A stretch of 64,000 nt of DNA from positions 7,594-71,593 of the forward strand of contig CAZRTE010000001.1 of the NCBI GenBank assembly GCA_964602945.1, given 5' to 3'. Source of the stretch: an uncultured Gaiellales bacterium (lineage in GTDB: Bacteria; Actinomycetota; Thermoleophilia; Gaiellales; Gaiellaceae). Below are positions 1 to 7,750 of this stretch, piece after piece. Both the position numbers and the translations under genes were made by a program. Below the pieces are notes generated by a model. The model saw nothing but the letters and a program-made list of their open reading frames with translations. It did no database searches and was not told the origin of the DNA. Position 1 is the first letter of the stretch. Each line of letters begins with the position of its first letter.

Positions 1-656
1 GCCCGTGCCGACTCCCCGGCCGCCCCCTGCAGGACGAGGAGCTGCCAGAGCGAGTCCGCCTTCGCGGCCTCTACGAGCCCGGCGAGCGGCAGGAAGTCGA
101 GCCGCTCCGAAACGAGGATCTCCTGCAGCCGCGCGTCGTACGCGGCTGCGGCCGGGTCGAAGCCGTAGGGGCCGCCGGCATCGTGCGCGTGCCCGTGGTC
201 GGCGCTCGCGATCAGCGCCACACGCCTCGCTTGTAACAGTCCCTTACTTGCGATCGCCCGGCCGAGGACGAGGTGCTCCTCGAGCGGCCGGTCGCGCGCC
301 GGCGAGACGACGACGGTGCGCGGCGCACGGAGGAAGCTCAGCGGCACCTCGGTGCCCCAGTCGAGCGGGAACTCCGCGGTGCGCGGATCGTTGCCGCCGT
401 ACGAGACGCCGAGGATCGGGAGCTCGATGCCGAGGAGCGCGCGGGCGATCTCGCCGTCCGTCTCCCACTCCCCCACCTTGCCCGCCGTGACGACGGCGAA
501 GTGGCCGTCGACGTGGACCGAGTGCGGCGTGACGACGATCGCGACCTCCGGCTCGGCGGCGGCGAAGCGGCGCCCGAGCTCCTCGAGCGCCGTCCGCAGC
601 GCGGGGTCGAGATCGACGTCGCCGTGGGGAGCGATGCACGCGAAGCAGAGGCTCAC
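1..656 (-). CDS. Class III extradiol ring-cleavage dioxygenase (LigB/DODA-like) family protein, C-terminus cut by window edge
   Basis: Absent from ORF track because it runs off the edge. Manual reverse translation from GTG at 656 gives VSLCFACIAPHGDVDL...VALIASADHGHAHDAGGPYGFDP...ADSLWQLLVLQG with G/C-rich third positions. The D/E/R-rich + ORF 273..731 is its antisense shadow. Family call from motif memory only. Confidence 0.5.
   Translation of the reverse strand, partial: MSLCFACIAPHGDVDLDPALRTALEELGRRFAAAEPEVAIVVTPHSVHVDGHFAVVTAGKVGEWETDGEIARALLGIELPILGVSYGGNDPRTAEFPLDWGTEVPLSFLRAPRTVVVSPARDRPLEEHLVLGRAIASKGLLQARRVALIASADHGHAHDAGGPYGFDPAAAAYDARLQEILVSERLDFLPLAGLVEAAKADSLWQLLVLQGAAGESAR
229..251. 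repeat. AT-rich 23-mer GCTTGTAACAGTCCCTTACTTGC inside the LigB-like CDS; 19/23 identical to 20997..21019
   Basis: Read directly. Encoded with a run of codons that are rare for this genome (GCA AGT AAG GGA CTG TTA CAA on the coding strand). Confidence 0.4.
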
Positions 657-756
657 CGGAGCGAGGGTATCCGGCTCCTCGCGGTCCGGCGCTCACTGCG
701 GAGACGCCTGCCGGAGCCACGATTCCGGTAAGGAAGACGTAAAGTCGCCGCTCTCC

Positions 757-915
757 CGCGAGTGACTCGATCCGCGAGGGGGGAACCTCGGGCCAGCGGG
801 TCGCGTCCGCGTCGACTCCGTCGTCGGCGGTCGGCCTCTGCCGCACAGCGCCGCGCAGATCGACGACCGTCCGGCCGTTGGAGAGGCGGGAGCGGTCGGC
901 ATGCGCAGGGAAACC
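757..915 (-). pseudogene. Relic of the 3' end of a nucleoside hydrolase gene (paralogous to 5059..5979)
   Basis: Within junk ORF 244..1167 the segment PAHADRSRLSNGRTVVDLRGAV..DDGVDADATRWPEVPPSRIESLA parallels the C-terminus of the intact gene, PAHIAVETRSELCDGRTVVDLRGVN..GDVGVDVDGERFLELLVSRVAALP. A 22-nt identical run cgccgcgcagatcgacgaccgt occurs at 849..870 and 5154..5175. Confidence 0.55.
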
Positions 916-3892
916 GAATTTGCGCCATATGACCGTGTCGATCCCAGTCCGCCCCTCACGCCGCAGCAGCGGCGTCAGCCGCCGTGCGAACGCGCCTGCA
1001 CCCGGCGCCGCCGACGCGTCCGGCTTCCGCCTCGACATCGAGGGATTGCGCGGACTGGCCCTCATCCTCGTTCTCGCCACCCACGCCGACGTCTGGTTCC
1101 TGCCCGGCGGATTCGTCGGCCTCGACATCTTCTTCGTCCTCTCCGGATTCCTGATCACCGGCCTCATGCTCGCCGAGGCACGGAAGACCGGGCACGTCTC
1201 GCTCCTCCGCTTCTACGCCAGGCGCGCGCGACGCATCCTCCCGCTCGCCGCGACCGTGCTCGGCACGGTCCTGTTCGCTGCCGTGTTCGTGCTGAACCCG
1301 GTCCGCGCGTCTCACGTGGCGGGCGATGCCGTCGCCGCCGCGGCCTACGTCGTCAACTGGCACTTCATCGCGCAGTCGGTCGACTACTTCGCCTTCAACG
1401 ACCCGTCGGTGAGCCCCGTCCAGCACTACTGGTCGCTCTCGGTCGAGGAGCAGTTCTACATCGCGTGGCCCCTGCTCGTCGTCGCGGCCCTGGCGCTCTC
1501 GCGGCGGTTCGGGCTGCGGCTGCGCCCGCTCCTCTGGACCATCGTCCTCTCGCTCGGAGGTGCCTCGCTCGGCTACAGCATCTGGTACAGCCCGCTCCAT
1601 CCCAACGCTGCCTACCTGTCCACGCTCACCCGCGTCTGGGAGATCGGCATCGGCTGCGCCCTCGCGCTCCTGCTGCCGGCGGTCATCCGGCTGCCCAGGC
1701 TCGTCGCCGCGACCCTCACGGCAGCCGGCCTGGCCGCCATCCTCTGGACCGCAGCGGTGTACCCGCAGTCGACGCCCTACCCCGGCTGGCGCGCGCTCGC
1801 CCCGACGCTCGGCACGGCGGTGATCATCGCAGCGGGAACCGCCACGGTCCGCTCACTGCCGACGCGCCTGCTCATGACCTCGCCGCTGCGGTACCTCGGC
1901 CGCCTGTCGTACGCGTGGTACCTCTGGCACTGGCCGTTTCTCGTCTTTGCGGCCAACCTCTTCGGCACGCTCACGCCGAACCAGAAGCTCGTCGTGATCG
2001 CGCTCTCGGGCATTCCGACGGTGGTCAGTCACTACCTCGTCGAGGAGCGCTTCCGCCGCTCCCGGAAGCTCGGACGGCGCCCCCGTCTCGCGATCGCCGT
2101 CGGCGCTGCGTGCACGGCGTCGGCCCTCGGGGCCGGGCTCGCGGTGGCCGCGACGCGCCCGTCGCTCCCGGCCGCCGCCCCCGGGGAGGTGCTCGGCGCC
2201 CGCGTCGTCCTCGCAGGCGACCGCACGCTCGAGGGCAGCGTCGACCGCATCCTGCCCGCGCCGAAGGACGCCTGGAAGGACCGGGGCATCGCCTTCGGGC
2301 ACTGCCAGGTGCACCCGTGGTCCCCGCCGATCTCGCCGGGCGGCAACACCTGCGTGTTCGGCGACCGGTCGGCCAAGACGACGGTCGTGAACATCGGCGA
2401 CTCGCACGGGCTGATGTACGCGCCGGGGCTGATCGCGCTCGCGCGCACGCGGCACTGGCGACTCGTCAACCTGACCCACTCGGGCTGCACCATCGCCGAC
2501 GTCCAGTACGAGCCGAACTGCGACACCTGGCGCGAGAACACGCTGCAACGGGTGGCACGCGAGCACCCGAGCCTCATCGTCGTCTCCGCCGCCACACAGA
2601 ACATCGCCAAGAGTGACCGGTACGGCGTGCTGCACGACGGGAAGCGGCTCACGCGGAAGCAGAGCGAGCCGTACCTCGTGGCCGGCCTCGAGCGCACGCT
2701 CCGCCGGCTCCGGCAGACGGGCGCCAAGGTCGTCGTGATCCGCGACGTCAGCGGCACGCCCGACGGGATCGACGGCTGCGTCGCCGCCCATCCCCACGAT
2801 CTCCGCCAGTGCGCATTCGTGCCGCAGCGGCCGCAGGCACTCGCCTACGACGCCGCGGCGGCGCGTCAGGTGCCGGGAGTGAAGCTCATCGACCCGCTGC
2901 CCATTCTCTGCCCGAACGACCTCTGCCCCGCCGTGATCGGCCACGCGCTCGTGTACCGCAACTCGTACCACCTGACGGCGACGTTCGCCCAGACGCTCGC
3001 CGGCTGGTTCGCCCAGGAGCTGCCGGCTCTCGGCACCCGCAGCACCCGCAGCGCCGCGAGTCACCGCACGCTCCAGAGCAGCAGCCGTCCTATCCACCCC
3101 ACGCCGCGAGACGCCTGGAAGGACCGGGGCATCGCCTTCGCGCACTGTCAGGTGCACAACTCGTCCCCGCCGAGGTCGCCGGGCGGCGACGTCTGCGTGT
3201 TCGGTGACCGGTCGTCCAAGACGACGGTCGTCAACTTCGGCGACTCGCACGGACTCATGTACTCGCCGGGGCTGATCGCACTCGCCCACAAGCGGCACTG
3301 GCGGCTCGTCAACCTCACCCACTCGGGCTGCACCGTCGCCGAGGTGCACTACGACGCGAACTGCGACGCCTGGCGCAAGAACACGCTGCAGCGCGTGGCG
3401 CGGGAGCACCCGAGCCTCATCGTCGTGTCGACGGCGACGCAGACCGCCGACGACCCGACGCGATACGCAGTGCTGCACGACGGGAAGCGGCTCACGCGGG
3501 CGCAGAGCGAGCCGTACCTCGTGGCCGGCCTCGTGCGAACACTCCGCCGGCTCCGGCAGACGGGCGCCAAGGTCGTCGTGATCCGCGACCTCGCCGCCGC
3601 GCCCGACGGAATCGACCACTGCGTCGCCGCCCACCCCCACGATCTCCGCCGGTGCGCGTTCGTGCCGCACCGCTCAGGCGCACAGGCCTTCGACGTGCGG
3701 GCGGCGCATCGCGTGCAGGGAGTGAAGCTCATCGATCCGCTCCCGGTCCTCTGCCGCAACGGCCGCTGCCCCGCCGTGATCAGGCGCGTCCTCGTCTACC
3801 GCAACCCCTACCACCTGACGGCGACGTTCTCCCGCACGCTCGTGGGCTGGTTCGCCCGCGAGCTGCCGGCTCTCGCACCCGCTAGCACCTGA
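878..3892 (+). CDS. Acyltransferase-3 (OafA/YrhL-like) membrane O-acyltransferase fused to two tandem SGNH/GDSL hydrolase domains
   Basis: ORF 878..3892 (1004 aa; ATG at 929 is an alternative start). N-terminal half is multi-TM with AT3-like motifs (FRLDIEGLRGLA, FFVLSGFLIT, HYWSLSVEEQFY, SYAWYLWHWP). It is followed by two ~281-aa repeats each containing VVNxGDSHGLMY. Confidence 0.85.
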   Translation: MERRERSACAGKPNLRHMTVSIPVRPSRRSSGVSRRANAPAPGAADASGFRLDIEGLRGLALILVLATHADVWFLPGGFVGLDIFFVLSGFLITGLMLAEARKTGHVSLLRFYARRARRILPLAATVLGTVLFAAVFVLNPVRASHVAGDAVAAAAYVVNWHFIAQSVDYFAFNDPSVSPVQHYWSLSVEEQFYIAWPLLVVAALALSRRFGLRLRPLLWTIVLSLGGASLGYSIWYSPLHPNAAYLSTLTRVWEIGIGCALALLLPAVIRLPRLVAATLTAAGLAAILWTAAVYPQSTPYPGWRALAPTLGTAVIIAAGTATVRSLPTRLLMTSPLRYLGRLSYAWYLWHWPFLVFAANLFGTLTPNQKLVVIALSGIPTVVSHYLVEERFRRSRKLGRRPRLAIAVGAACTASALGAGLAVAATRPSLPAAAPGEVLGARVVLAGDRTLEGSVDRILPAPKDAWKDRGIAFGHCQVHPWSPPISPGGNTCVFGDRSAKTTVVNIGDSHGLMYAPGLIALARTRHWRLVNLTHSGCTIADVQYEPNCDTWRENTLQRVAREHPSLIVVSAATQNIAKSDRYGVLHDGKRLTRKQSEPYLVAGLERTLRRLRQTGAKVVVIRDVSGTPDGIDGCVAAHPHDLRQCAFVPQRPQALAYDAAAARQVPGVKLIDPLPILCPNDLCPAVIGHALVYRNSYHLTATFAQTLAGWFAQELPALGTRSTRSAASHRTLQSSSRPIHPTPRDAWKDRGIAFAHCQVHNSSPPRSPGGDVCVFGDRSSKTTVVNFGDSHGLMYSPGLIALAHKRHWRLVNLTHSGCTVAEVHYDANCDAWRKNTLQRVAREHPSLIVVSTATQTADDPTRYAVLHDGKRLTRAQSEPYLVAGLVRTLRRLRQTGAKVVVIRDLAAAPDGIDHCVAAHPHDLRRCAFVPHRSGAQAFDVRAAHRVQGVKLIDPLPVLCRNGRCPAVIRRVLVYRNPYHLTATFSRTLVGWFARELPALAPAST
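2249..3091 (+). repeat. SGNH-domain repeat R1 (843-nt in-frame tandem unit)
   Basis: ILPAPKDAWKDRGIAFGHCQVH... at 2249 recurs as IHPTPRDAWKDRGIAFAHCQVH... at 3092. A 31-nt identical run gacgcctggaaggaccggggcatcgccttcg occurs at 2267 and 3110 (period 843 nt). Confidence 0.8.
3092..3892 (+). repeat. SGNH-domain repeat R2
   Basis: Second in-frame copy of R1, ending at the stop of ORF 878..3892. Confidence 0.8.
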
Positions 3893-3951
3893 GCGGAAGC
3901 GAGCGCCGGGGCCTCACGGGACGCCCGCGACCGCCTCTGGAGCGTGCTACC

Positions 3952-5037
3952 TTGCTGCCGCGTTCCTCGGCGCGCTCACGCCGAACCAGGAGCTCGCCGT
4001 TGCGCACACCTTCAGGAACTCCGACCGCCGTCAGCCACCCTCTCGCCGCGGAGCGCGTCCGCCGCTCCCGGAGACTCGGGCGCCGCCCGCGCCTCGTACT
4101 CGCCGGCGGCGTCGCCTGTCTGGTGTGGGCGCTCGGCGCCGGCCTCGCGGTGGCCGCGACGCACCCGCGCGACCAGGTCCCCGGCGCGCGCGTCGTCCTC
4201 GCGGGCGACGTCACGCTCGAGCGCAGCGCCACCCACATCCTGCCTGCACCGCGGAACGCGCTGAAGGACCGGGGGGTCGCGTTCGCGCACTGTGAGGTCC
4301 ACCCGTGGTCCCCGCCGAGGTCGCCGGGCGGCGACGCCTGCGTGTTCGGCGACCGGTCGTCGAAGACGACGGTCGTGAACATCGGCGACTCGCACGGACT
4401 CATGTACTCGCAGGGGCTGATCGCGCTCGCGCTCAAGCGGCACTGGCGGCTCGTCAACCTGACCCACTCGCAGTGCACGGTCGCCGAGGTGCAGTACGAG
4501 CCGAACTGCGACGCCTGGCGCGCGAACACGCTGCAGCGGGTGGCGCGGGAGCACCCGAGCCTCGTCATCGTGAGCACCGCGACCCAGACCGTCGCGAACG
4601 CCCACCGGTACGCAGTGGTGCACGACGGGGTCCGCCTCACGCGCGAGGAGAGCCAGCCGTATCTCGTGGCCGGCCTCGAGCGCACGCTCCGCCGGCTCCA
4701 GCAGACCGGCGCGAAGGTCGTCGTCGTCCGTGACATCGCCGCCGCGCCCGACGGAATCAACGGCTGCGTCGCCGCCCACCCCCACGATCTCGCACAGTGC
4801 GCCTTCGTGCCGGAGCGCCCGGAGGCGCTCGCCTTCGACGCCCAGGCGGCGCACGAGGTGCCGGGAGTGAAGCTCATCGACCCGCTCCCCATCCTCTGCC
4901 CGAACGACCTCTGCCCCGCCGTGATCGGCCACGCGCTCGTCTACCGCAACGCCAACCACCTGACGGCGACGTTCACGGCGACCATGGCGGGTTGGTTCGG
5001 CCGCGAGCTGCCGGTTCTCGGACGCGCCCGCCGCTGA
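3952..5037 (+). CDS. Stand-alone single-TM SGNH/GDSL hydrolase (third copy of the acyltransferase C-terminal module); start uncertain, possibly decaying
   Basis: ORF 3952..5037 (TTG start). The nucleotide sequence from ~3960 is homologous to 1950..3050, the last AT3 helix plus SGNH. It has one extra nucleotide, so the LTPNQ segment is out of frame with the downstream RRSRRLGRRPRL...GDSHGLMY part. Confidence 0.55.
   Translation: MLPRSSARSRRTRSSPLRTPSGTPTAVSHPLAAERVRRSRRLGRRPRLVLAGGVACLVWALGAGLAVAATHPRDQVPGARVVLAGDVTLERSATHILPAPRNALKDRGVAFAHCEVHPWSPPRSPGGDACVFGDRSSKTTVVNIGDSHGLMYSQGLIALALKRHWRLVNLTHSQCTVAEVQYEPNCDAWRANTLQRVAREHPSLVIVSTATQTVANAHRYAVVHDGVRLTREESQPYLVAGLERTLRRLQQTGAKVVVVRDIAAAPDGINGCVAAHPHDLAQCAFVPERPEALAFDAQAAHEVPGVKLIDPLPILCPNDLCPAVIGHALVYRNANHLTATFTATMAGWFGRELPVLGRARR
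4237..5037 (+). repeat. SGNH-domain repeat R3
   Basis: ILPAPRNALKDRGVAFAHCEVHPWSPPRSPGGDACVFGDRSSKTTVVNIGDSHGLMY... is collinear with R1 and R2. Confidence 0.8.
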
Positions 5038-5058
5038 GCGCAAGCGGGCGCTCGGCCC

Positions 5059-5979
5059 TCACGGCAGGGCCGCGACCCGCGAGACGAGGAGCTCGAGGAA
5101 CCGCTCTCCGTCGACGTCCACGCCGACGTCCCCGTTCGGCTCGCGACCGTTGACGCCGCGCAGATCGACGACCGTGCGGCCGTCGCAGAGCTCCGAGCGG
5201 GTCTCGACCGCGATGTGCGCAGGCCGCGTCGTCAGGAGCGTCGGGTCGATCACGTGCGCGACGGCCATCGCGTCGTGGATCGGCGAGCCGGCGAAGCCGT
5301 ACGAGCGCTCGTGGAATCCCTGCAAGAAGTCGGACAGCTCGGCGACGAAGCGTCCCGCCCGGCCGGCGGCTCGCACCCGTTCCGCGTGCGCACGGGTGAA
5401 CAGGGCCTGGTGCGTGACGTCGAGCCCGACGAGCGTCACCGGGATGCCGCTCGCGAACACGCTCGCGGCCGCCTCCGGGTCGACGAACGCGTTGAACTCG
5501 GCCGCGGGCGTGCTGTTGCCCAGGCCCATCGCGCCCCCCATCCAGACGATTCGCTCGAGGCGCTCGCGCACGTCGGGGTGCCGCTCGAGCATGAGCGCGA
5601 CGTTCGTCAGCGGCGCCGTCGGGACGAGGACGACGCCCGGCTCGATCAGCTCCGCGAGGAAGTCGGCGGCGTGTGCGGCGACCGGGCGCGCCGACGGCTC
5701 GGGCAGCACCGGCCCGTCGAGTCCCGTCTCGCCGTGCACGTGCGGCGCGGTGCGCAGCGCGCGCCGGAGAGGCTCGGCCGCGCCCGCCGCCACCGGGATG
5801 TCGGGCCGGCCGCCGATCTCGAGCGTGACGAGCGCGTTGCGGGTCGTCTTGTCCAGCGTCTGGTTCCCGGCCACGGTCGTGACGGCGAGCAGCTCGACCT
5901 CGGGCGAGGCGAGCGCGAGGAGGATCGCCATCGCGTCGTCGTGTCCCGGATCGCAGTCGATGACGATGGGAGTCGTCAC
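5059..5979 (-). CDS. Inosine/uridine-preferring nucleoside hydrolase family protein
   Basis: ORF 5059..6117 trimmed to the GTG at 5979, which overlaps the rbsK stop (GTGA). VTTPIVIDCDPGHDDAMAILLA is the N-terminal Asp-cluster signature. Confidence 0.85.
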   Translation of the reverse strand: MTTPIVIDCDPGHDDAMAILLALASPEVELLAVTTVAGNQTLDKTTRNALVTLEIGGRPDIPVAAGAAEPLRRALRTAPHVHGETGLDGPVLPEPSARPVAAHAADFLAELIEPGVVLVPTAPLTNVALMLERHPDVRERLERIVWMGGAMGLGNSTPAAEFNAFVDPEAAASVFASGIPVTLVGLDVTHQALFTRAHAERVRAAGRAGRFVAELSDFLQGFHERSYGFAGSPIHDAMAVAHVIDPTLLTTRPAHIAVETRSELCDGRTVVDLRGVNGREPNGDVGVDVDGERFLELLVSRVAALP

Positions 5980-6791
5980 AGCAGGGCGTCGACCTCCTCG
6001 GCGGTGGGCAGCGAGCTCTGCGCGCCGAAACGGGAGGCCGCCAGCGCGCCGGCGGCGCAGGCCCGGCGCAGCGCCTCCTCCCGCGTCCTCTCCTCGAGCA
6101 GCGAGACGACGAGGCAAGCCGTGAAGGCGTCTCCGGCGGCAGTCCCGTCGACCGCCTCGACCCGCGGCGGCTTCGCCCGGGCGACCTCCTCGCCGTCCTC
6201 GAGCAGAACGGCGCCCTCGGCGCCGAGCGTGACGCAGACGAGACCCGGCCTGTCGCCGAGGACCTCGCGCTCCAGCCGGTTCACGATCGTCAGCTCCGCG
6301 GCCGGCGGATCGGGACGCGCCGGAGCCGCGTTGAGGAAGAAGCGCCCGGCGAGCTCTGCGGCACGGGCGACGGTGGCGGCAGGGATCTCCTGCTGGCAGA
6401 GCACGGCTCCGGCGTCCGCGAGCGAGAGATCGCCCGGGCGCAGCTCGTCGTTCGCGCCCGGGGCGACGACGATGGTCGTCTCGCCCGCGCCGTCCACGGT
6501 GATCAGGGCGATGCCGGTCGGCCCCTCGGCCGTCCGCCAGGCCTCCTCCACTCCCGCCTCTCGGAGCCCGGCGAGCGCTTCAGCAGCGAACGCGTCGGTG
6601 CCGACGCAGCCGACGAGCCGCACCTCCGCGCCGAGCCGGGCCGCCGCGACGGCCTGGTTCGCGCCCTTGCCGCCGGGAACGCGCGCGAAGGTCGCTCCGC
6701 TCAGGGTCTCGCCCGGACGCGGCAGCCTGCCGGCGCGGACGACGAGGTCGAGGTTGATCGAGCCGACAACCGTGAGACGAGGCGGGCGCAC
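5976..6791 (-). CDS. rbsK: Ribokinase
   Basis: ORF 5976..6791: VVGSINLDLV, VPGGKGANQAVAAARLG, GTAAGDAF (PfkB-family motifs); coupled to the nucleoside hydrolase. Confidence 0.85.
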   Translation of the reverse strand: MRPPRLTVVGSINLDLVVRAGRLPRPGETLSGATFARVPGGKGANQAVAAARLGAEVRLVGCVGTDAFAAEALAGLREAGVEEAWRTAEGPTGIALITVDGAGETTIVVAPGANDELRPGDLSLADAGAVLCQQEIPAATVARAAELAGRFFLNAAPARPDPPAAELTIVNRLEREVLGDRPGLVCVTLGAEGAVLLEDGEEVARAKPPRVEAVDGTAAGDAFTACLVVSLLEERTREEALRRACAAGALAASRFGAQSSLPTAEEVDALL

Positions 6792-6814
6792 GGCCCGAGC
6801 CTAGACTGCCCTCG

Positions 6815-7750
6815 GTGACCGTCGCGCACTGGGACGAAGTCGAGGGCAGCCGCCGCTCCAGGGGCGAGATGGACGCGACCTGGCAGCGCCTCGGCGATGC
6901 GGCCGGCACGCGCGGCGTGGGTGTCAACCGCGTCCGCGTCGAGCCCGGGAGGCTGCCGACTCCTCCCCACTCCCACGGCGCGTCGGAGGAGCTCTACTTC
7001 GTCCTCGCCGGCTCCGGGCTCGCGTGGCAGGACGGCGAGGTGCACGAGGTGCGGCCGCTCGACTGCGTGATCCACCGCCCGGACGAGATGGAGCACACCT
7101 TCGTCGCCGGCCCCGACGGGCTCGAGTTCCTCGTCTTCGGCACGCGCCACCCCACGGAGCTCGGCTGGCTGCCACGCTCGCGCGCGATCCGGCTCGGCTG
7201 GCCCTGGGTCGAGGGGCGCGACGACGACCCCTGGGACGTCGAGGCCACAGCCGAGCCGCTCGCGTACGGCGAGCCGGCGCCGCGCCCGCCGAACATCGTC
7301 AACGTCGACGAGGTCGAGCTCGAGACCGTCCGGCACCAGACCTGTGCCTACCTGACGCCGGACAAGGCGACGAGGCTCGCCGGGCTCGGGTGGGAGAAGC
7401 TCGCGGCCGGTCACCGCGGCTCCGTCCCTCACTGCCACTCCGCGGAGGAGGAGGTCTTCGTCATCCTCGAGGGGACCGCGACGCTCGAGCTCTGGCCGCC
7501 CCCGGAAGGCGGCGTCGAGGAGACGCCCCTCCGCCCGGGTCACGTCGTCGCGCGTCCGCCCGGCACCCGGGTCTCCCACTCCTTCAGAGCGGGGCCCGAG
7601 GGCGTGACGATGCTCGTCTACGGCACGCGCGACCCGAACGACATGTGCTGGTACCCGCGTTCTCGCAAGATCTTCTGGCGAGGCCTCGGCGTGCTCGGCC
7701 GGATCGAGACGCTCGACTACTTCGACGGCGAGCCCGTCGAGGACGACTAG
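6815..7750 (+). CDS. Bicupin (two cupin_2 domains) protein, function unknown
   Basis: ORF 6815..7750 has two internally similar halves, each with cupin-like motifs (PHSHGASEELYFVLAG / PHCHSAEEEVFVILEG). Confidence 0.7.
   Translation: MTVAHWDEVEGSRRSRGEMDATWQRLGDAAGTRGVGVNRVRVEPGRLPTPPHSHGASEELYFVLAGSGLAWQDGEVHEVRPLDCVIHRPDEMEHTFVAGPDGLEFLVFGTRHPTELGWLPRSRAIRLGWPWVEGRDDDPWDVEATAEPLAYGEPAPRPPNIVNVDEVELETVRHQTCAYLTPDKATRLAGLGWEKLAAGHRGSVPHCHSAEEEVFVILEGTATLELWPPPEGGVEETPLRPGHVVARPPGTRVSHSFRAGPEGVTMLVYGTRDPNDMCWYPRSRKIFWRGLGVLGRIETLDYFDGEPVEDD

Noticed and set aside
244-1167. 307-aa minus-strand ORF
   Set aside because: It is not a gene as a whole, because it concatenates out-of-frame LigB-like sequence, the hydrolase relic and antisense of the AT3 start. 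Only residues ~85-137 carry signal, annotated as a pseudogene fragment.
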